From Octopus vulgaris (Eukaryota): a stretch of 64,000 nt of DNA. Position 1 is the stretch's first letter, and each line of letters starts with the position of its first letter. Under the pieces are notes generated by a model, which worked only from the letters and a program-made list of their open reading frames with translations, did no database searches and was not told where the DNA came from. The stretch covers positions 84,134,001 through 84,198,000 of the forward strand of contig OX597814.1 of the NCBI GenBank assembly GCA_951406725.2. Reading direction: 5' to 3'. Both the position numbers and the translations under genes were made by a program. Below are positions 56,220 through 64,000 of this stretch, in pieces.

Positions 56220-56599
56220 GTAGTAAGAAATGAAACCGTCTCACTCATAATAATATAGCTCCTGTCTATTTCTTTCTTCAATGTTAAACTTCATTATGTA
56301 TATCTTTATTGAAAAAAAGAATGAGTGAAGAGTAATCAAAAAGAAAGAGAGACAGTTTCTGCTCTAAATAATTTCTGTTGATGCTTTTAACCTTACAACC
56401 ACGGATCATGTTTTTGTTACCTCCAATTAAACTAGTAACCTTACTTTAACATAGATGGCAACTAGAGCGCTCACTATATTTCAGTCTATCTGCATATTGC
56501 CTATTGGCAAGCGAAGTTCTTTTACTCTAGTTTCACACATACACACACACGCATGCATGCATGTATGTATGTATGTATGTATGTATGTATGTATGTATA

Positions 56600-56829
56600 C
56601 TCTTTACTCTCTTTTACTCTTTTACTTGTTTCAGTCATTTGACTGCGGCCATGCTGGAGCACTGCCTTTAATCGAGCAACTCGACCCCGGGCCTTTTTCT
56701 TTTTGTAAGTCCAGTACTTATTCTATCGGTTTCTTTTTGCCGAACCGCTAAGTAACGGGGACATAAACACACCAGCATCGGTTGTCAAGCAATGCTAGGG
56801 GGACAAACACAGACGCATAAACACACACA

Positions 56830-56924
<95 letters not shown>

Positions 56925-57000
56925 GACGGGCTTCTTTCAGTTTCCGTCTACCAAATCCACTCACAAGGCTTTGGTCGGCCCGAGGCTATAGCAGAAGACA
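56600..57000 (-). mobile_element. Young SINE family A copy lacking its head
   Basis: High identity to 18595-19010; stops at gctatagcagaagaca, where the (TATG)n array begins. Confidence 0.9.
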
Positions 57001-57039
57001 ATGTATGTATGTATGTATGTATGCATTTATGTATGTATG

Positions 57040-57073
<34 letters not shown>

Positions 57074-57580
57074 TGTATGTATGTATGTATGCATGCATGC
57101 ATGCATGTATGTATGTATGTATGTATGTATGTATGCATGCATGCATGCATGTATGCATGTATGTATGTATGTATGCATGTGTGTATGTATGTATGTATGT
57201 ATGTATGTATGTATGTATGCATGCATGCATGTATGTATGTATGTATGTATGTATGTATGCATGCATGCATGCATGTATGTATGTATGTATGTATGTATGT
57301 ATGTATGCATGCATGCATGTATGCATGTATGTATGTATGTATGTATGTATGTATGTATGTATGTATGTATGTATGTATGTATGTATGTATGTATGCATGC
57401 ATGTATGTATGTATGTATGTATGTATGTATCTATGTATGTATGTATGTATGTATGTATGTATGTATGTATGTATGTATGTATGTATGTATGCATGCATGT
57501 ATGTATGTATGTATGTATGTATGTATGTATGTATGTATGTATGTATGTATGTATGTATGTATGTATGTATGTATGTATGT
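57001..57580. repeat. ~580-bp (TATG)n array with CATG variants
   Basis: Direct reading. Confidence 0.97.
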
Positions 57581-57962
57581 ACAAACATGTGTATGGATAT
57601 ATGGATATATTGGTTACTTCCTTTCTTTCCTTATTGACTTGCTCTTAAGCACATTCTCATTGAATCTCTCGTCTCTGTTTCTGTCTTTCTTTCTGTTCTT
57701 TCTCTAACATATTATCTCTCTCTCTCTTTCCTCCCTTCTCCCTCTCTTTCTCTTTCTATATATTTATTTCCTTCCTTCTTTCCCAAGCGATTCTCCTCTC
57801 TCTTCATTACCTACCGAACTACAAGATATCAGTCAAACCCAAACAACTTAGACATTGAGCTATAACTCAGTTATCTATAACTCACCATGATGTCACCACC
57901 TGCTTCAAAAAGGACGTTTTTATTGAATCTCACTTCATCTGATTCAGCATGCTCAGCAATAG

Positions 57963-58027
<65 letters not shown>

Positions 58028-58392
58028 CATGCTTGTATGTATGCATGTATTTGCGCAGAGAGTAGACGCGCTCTCCTGTCGAGCCGAGAAATCGACTCAG
58101 ATTCCGTTCCCGGCTGTACGTAGCTATTCCACTTCAGTTATGCCGCTAATGGCCTTGAGAAAAAGGTATAAACACAACAAAACCAATCCATAGATGGATA
58201 TCACTGGGTATTCAAACACATATCACTGCAGTGAAGAATAAGATACCATTGCAGTAGATAATCACACATCACTATAGTCAATCAGATATCACCAGATAGT
58301 CAGATACCATCCAGTGGTCAATCAGCTCCCATAAGAATAGCCAATCAAATGTCACAGTCTTGTCCAGAGATCAGCAAACAATGATCAACACA

Positions 58393-58791
58393 TTTCTAGA
58401 TCAACACATGGCGTTGGCATTCAAGTTTTATGAGATTGTTATACCTTCATGTTTGTACAATCCGAATCTGTGGCGGATGGTGTACTAGTACTTAATTAAT
58501 CGACCCCGAAAGGATGAAAGGCAAAGTCGACCTCGGCGGAATTTGAAATCAGAACGTAACGGCAGACGAAATACGGCTACGCGTTTCGCCCGGCGTGCTA
58601 ACGTTTCTCATTCTATCTTTGTTTTCCTTATCTAGGAACAAAACCCAGAGCAAAAGTTTTACTTATGCAGTAGCTTCGAGTGAATTTTATTGAATCTTTT
58701 CTAGATCAACACATGGCGTTGGCATTCAAGTTTTATGAGATTGTTATACCTTCATGTTTGTACAATCCGAATCTGTGGCGGATGGTGTACT
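58393..58791. repeat. Perfect 94-bp direct repeat (58393-58486, 58698-58791) enclosing a minus-strand SINE B fragment and ~90 bp of unique DNA
   Basis: tttctagatcaacacatggcg...gcggatggtgtact occurs twice; 58487-58608 is SINE B. Confidence 0.92.
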
Positions 58792-59094
58792 TTCTAAGAG
58801 TGTCAAGAATAAACAATCTCATCATGCCGGTCGGTCACCTCAATCCATTATAGCTCCTCACATGCTATAATGTGAAGAACTATAACATACATGCATTCGC
58901 ACACATATGTGTATATATCTATGTATTATATGTGTGTGTGTTGTATGTACATACATACATGCATACATAGATACATAGATATATACATATGTACAGACAT
59001 GTATATAAGGCGCGCCCTCTCACAGACATCCATTTATTTATATGTATGTATATATATAGATATGTGTGTATGCATATATATGTATATATATATG

Positions 59095-59141
<47 letters not shown>

Positions 59142-59203
59142 GTATACATATATACATATATATATAGCGAGAGAGAGAGACATAGGCAGGCAGACAGACA
59201 GAC

Positions 59204-59287
<84 letters not shown>

Positions 59288-60242
59288 CATCTAAAGAACC
59301 TCAGTTGGAGAAACTATAGACTGCCTTACAAATCTTCTCTCTGTTGCTAATAGATTGGATTTGGAGAATTCACATCAGTTTCTTTTGCCCTTTCTCCCCA
59401 AAACCTAGTATTTCTAGGTTTTTGTCTAAGTTTTTAGGTACATAACCTCACACACCTATGGTGATGGCTTCAAATGAGAATCTATAGTCGGAGTACAAGA
59501 GCTTTAAGTTCCGTGTTAATTCACCATAAATGTTCTCCTATTCCTGGACTTTTGATGGTACATTCACATCTGTTGGACAGTTAACTTCTGTTCATGGCTT
59601 TTGTTTCCTGTCCTACAGAACAATATCAGCTCTGTTATATACGTGTGTGTATGTATACAACATGTATGTATGTATGTATGTATGTATGTATGTATGTATG
59701 TATGTATGTATGTATGTATGTACAGAAGTGAGCATACAAACTTTCTTATATACATATAAACACTATTACACGTATACACTTACACATGTATCTATGTATT
59801 TGTATGTGCGTGTATGCCTCGACGCATTTGTTCTTATAGATCTTATTGACTGTAAAACATCATAAAATTGTTTTTAAAATCATTAACTTTATACAGGCAT
59901 AACATAAAATTATATGCACACATAGATATTCACACATACATACACAGTCTGTCTCCTCCCTCCTTCTCTCTCTCTCTCTCACGCACACACACACACACAT
60001 ACACATTTCATTCATAAAAGGTGGAACGTTAAGTAACCGTAATGAGTATATCTGTCGTCAACAGCAATATACACACATACACAAACCCACACGCATATGC
60101 ACACAAACATACACAAAAACACACACATAAACACGCGCACATTACCTGGATGTACTCAAGCGAGCGAGCACATTTACACACCACCAGTATTATACGTCAG
60201 CTTGTAGTGATTTATGAATTATTCAACCATTCAACTGCAAAT

Positions 60243-60312
<70 letters not shown>

Positions 60313-61058
60313 CACACACATCCAAATAAGAATGAAAAGTTTCAGACATTTATTTTTTCCACATATTATACCCAAAAAATGTAACTGTGATACGTTTATT
60401 AACACTCTAACAAAATCAATGACTAGCGAAACTTGGAAGTCACTGTCAACCTTGTCTTTGTCAACTGGAGTTATCCATAAATTAGTTATCTCTACTAAGA
60501 TCTCTTCATCGCGACGACAATATATTGTATCTGAGAACCGGCTCCATTCTTGGACAAACATAAAGAGCGGAAGACTCATATTAGTCATTAAAAAAAAAAA
60601 ACCCTCAGTGACTACAGCTTAAAGGAACTGTATTTGTGGCCATGTTGCATGCAGTACGACAAAAATTTTCACATCAAATAATAAATTATTAAATTAAGTT
60701 TGGAGTTTTTACGTGTTTTTGAATGACAAAAAGGAATCAACCACGCTGTAATTTCGTTCGCACGCACGGTCTCTGAACAAATCAATTGCCAGGCAAGTTC
60801 ATATCCGAAATATAAAGAATTATTGCTCCAAGTGCCCCCTACAAAACTCGAGCTCACAACACATAACAATGTTGCGACACAACTTTTTTAAAACTTAATT
60901 GATCCTTATTCAGCTTTGTTCCGGAAGAAATCAAAGAAGAAAAAGACACCATGACATTCAAACAGTACCAGGACCAATTCTTCCAAGATGCATCCACCGA
61001 CGCCTGGATACATCTTGGCAAACAACTTCTCACTTGAGTGAACTATGATGCCCTAAAG

Positions 61059-61204
61059 CAAGTGTGGCCAACCTGTAACCCATGAGATTTTCAGAATGGC
61101 AGGCCTAACGGAAAGTTACCTTCAACTTTTTTCAGAACTGCAACCGTCTGATGATGAGCCATGACTCATACGGCCCGCTTTTCTAAAAAAGGTGGCTCGT
61201 GCCT
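61059..61204 (+). mobile_element. hAT-like MITE
   Basis: caagtgtggccaacct ... aggtggctcgtgcct; homologous to 55040-55195. Confidence 0.7.
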
Positions 61205-61325
61205 TTCCTAAACTCGACTTAAAAAACTAACCCATGTGGTGCCGTTAAGTCAATTATCTAAGTTAATTAACAGCAACAAATTGCCTTCATGCCTTTAATT
61301 TCTTTAATCATTCACTCATCTAGAG

Positions 61326-61696
61326 CAGTGGTACTCAACTAGGCTCCATATGTCTCCTGGGGGTACCACAAAAGATTTTGGGGGATCCATACAAACTAAG
61401 TTGCAAACTGGGGATCCAGAGTAGTATATAAAGCAAGATATGAAATTGTCTTACTTCAGATATATTTATAACAGGAAACTGTTAGGTCTCTTTCTATAAT
61501 GCTGAACACTGAAACTTGTTCTCTCAGAAAGAGTTTTTATAAACCTACACAAGTGAATGAATGAAAAACGAAATAGGAATTTTGAAAAAAGTACCTATAA
61601 AGCTAGTTTTTAAATACTGAATAGCTATGGAGGGCAACCAGAATAAAATAGCAATCAAAGGAGTCCATAGAAAAAAACAATTTGTTGAGAACCATT
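61326..61696. mobile_element. hAT (MER5/Charlie-like) MITE
   Basis: TIRs cagtggtactcaac / gttgagaaccatt; preceded by tctagag; internal ggg(g/a)tcca repeats. Confidence 0.7.
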
Positions 61697-61830
61697 AATT
61701 TGTAGCCTAAAATGTTACGGTACTGCATGATCGCCTCTATTTACCCCATATTAATGAAATCAGCCTAAGAAACAATTAGTGTTTGTATATATGCTTTTGA
61801 GTGTGTCTATGTATACATTTGTATGAGTGT

Positions 61831-61895
<65 letters not shown>

Positions 61896-62059
61896 AATGT
61901 TTAGTATTAGACTTAACATAAAAATACTTATTACAGACTAGACGAAAATACTTACATGCACACACACACACACACATGCTTTTCCTTTTGAATGTATGTG
62001 ATGTGTGACTATGCATACATACATACATAGATACATACATACATACATACATACATACA

Positions 62060-62117
<58 letters not shown>

Positions 62118-62453
62118 TGTATGTATGTATGTATATATGTGTGCATGTCTACATACACATATACTTATACAAACACACGTACGGATGTGTGTGTACACAC
62201 ACAAACACACAACATAGACATACATCCATTACATATTGCCGTGTATACAGTGATTTATAGTCGCTAATTTCAGTAGAATCTGACCTTTAGAACACACTTG
62301 GCGGAAGTCCTGATTTTAGATCCCACGTCGCCAAGTACTCTATCATCATATACAGCTAGATCTGGTTAAGTCTGCTGAATCAGTACTGACCGAGACTGCA
62401 AAACACCCAGAACTGTGGGTTTTGCAACTCGGTGTGTGTGTGTAAGTGTGTGA

Positions 62454-62492
<39 letters not shown>

Positions 62493-62693
62493 TGTGTGTG
62501 TGTGTATGTGTGTGTGGTGTGTGTCTGCTCGCGTGTATGTGTATTCTGAATATATGCATACGCACACATTCACATATATGTATATATACACATGTATAGA
62601 AGCATATATGTATAAGTAATATAGATGTTTATACACATAATATGTATGTATATATATCTGGATATATAATATATATATATATGTATGCATAAA

Positions 62694-62731
<38 letters not shown>

Positions 62732-62849
62732 GTGATCCATATGCTTAGCTCTATGCGGTTGAATGTGGATTATATGTATGATGTATGCTCATGTATCTAC
62801 CTACGTATGTATGCATGCATGTATGTATGTATGTATGTATGTATGTATG

Positions 62850-62880
<31 letters not shown>

Positions 62881-63735
62881 GTATACATGTATGTATGTGC
62901 GTATGTATATATATTGGTTGGTATGGGGATAAGTAAGTTGGTTGGTAGGTATGTACTACAAACCTACTCATATACGTAGGCATGCATACATGAACGAAAA
63001 TATTTATTGGTATTTTATGCATGCTTGTATATGTGACTGTATGAGGAAATCACTGTGTTCGTGCGAAGGCGTATATGTATTTGTGTGCGTTTGTTGTAAC
63101 AACTCCAAGTCTATATTGCAAAACGCCTATATATATATATATATATGCTTCTGTCTTTGTGTGAGTTTATGTGCATATGTATGAGTGTGTGTAAGTGTGT
63201 CTGTGTCTCTGTTTTCTCTTCCTGTAATCGGTAATGTATATGCATATAGATAGTGACAACGGAACGAATTTGGTTTTATGAAAATGTAATAAATGCAAAT
63301 TGCATATTTCCTTTCATTCATAATATGTGTATATATAATGTACAAATGTTTACATTCGCTACAAAGCGAAACTGTCCCAATATGTTGACTATTTATATAC
63401 GAGAATGAATAAAATGTGAAAAACCCAGCGATTATGAATCGCTCAAGCCGATAGAAAAAGCATTCAAATTTGACCTGAAAACGTACTCACGCGCTAGTGC
63501 GGATAAATATAGCCAATTGCTTGACCTTTCAGTGATTAGTTAAATCGATCAGCAGTTGATCAGCTCTATTGACCTCTAGAGGAGAGAACAGGCGATTGAG
63601 TCGATCCCGAAAGAATTCAATGAGTAGTCGACTTTAACGTGATTTGAACCTAGAACGTCTAAAGCTGAAGCAAACAAAATATCGGAAGCCATTTTGAGCA
63701 ACGTTCTAAGAATTCTGATAGTCCCCCCACCTTAA

Positions 63736-63932
63736 CCCTTTAGCATTTAAACTGGCCATATCCGACCTGCTTTATGTTTGAACCAAGCAGATCCAACCTC
63801 ACAGATCTCTACAACGTCATTCTAAAAATAAATAATCACGTTCATTGAAATTTTGAAGCTATGAGATAATGCACAATTAATTTAAAACTATGTGAATTAA
63901 ATATTTGACAGAGTATTTTGAAAGCTAAAGGG
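63736..63932. mobile_element. piggyBac-type MITE with TTAA TSD
   Basis: TTAA|ccctttagcattt ... aaagctaaaggg|TTAA (63732-63735, 63933-63936); sits at the head of a degenerate minus-strand SINE B (~63590-63731). Confidence 0.85.
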
Positions 63933-64000
63933 TTAAATCATAGCATTATTAACTTGAAAAAAAAAAGAACACAGTTAATGTATTCTGGAGTAAAACATGT

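Noticed and set aside
60983-61018. 14-bp stem-loop (similar small ones at 12350-12372, ~52680-52710 and ~59398-59425)
   Set aside because: Short and isolated; expected from chance or local template switching in AT-rich DNA

Overview
AT-rich, microsatellite-saturated eukaryotic non-coding DNA (intergenic or deep intronic). The SINE families and the density of (TA)n, (TG)n, (TATG)n and (TAGA)n tracts resemble an Octopus/coleoid cephalopod genome (inference from sequence style, not from a search). I found no credible host protein-coding gene. Nearly all ORFs in the supplied track are translations of simple repeats. The real coding remnants come from transposons: four R4/Dong-like RLE retrotransposon pieces embedded in microsatellites, a DD36E Tc1 element, a rearranged mariner, and RTE, APE-LINE and Penelope-like fragments. 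Also present are a non-autonomous Helitron, hAT, Tc2-like and piggyBac-type MITEs, and at least four SINE-like families (my labels A-D) with swapped modules. Most notable: (i) a 364-bp palindrome at 24541-24904 whose two arms each contain a degenerate type I hammerhead ribozyme of the Penelope pLTR kind; (ii) a head-to-tail train of three different Dong-like elements separated by trinucleotide repeats; (iii) an RLE element bracketed by, and carrying, (CATA)n repeats; (iv) a DD36E (Incomer-like) Tc1. All family assignments come from motif recognition by eye and need confirmation.
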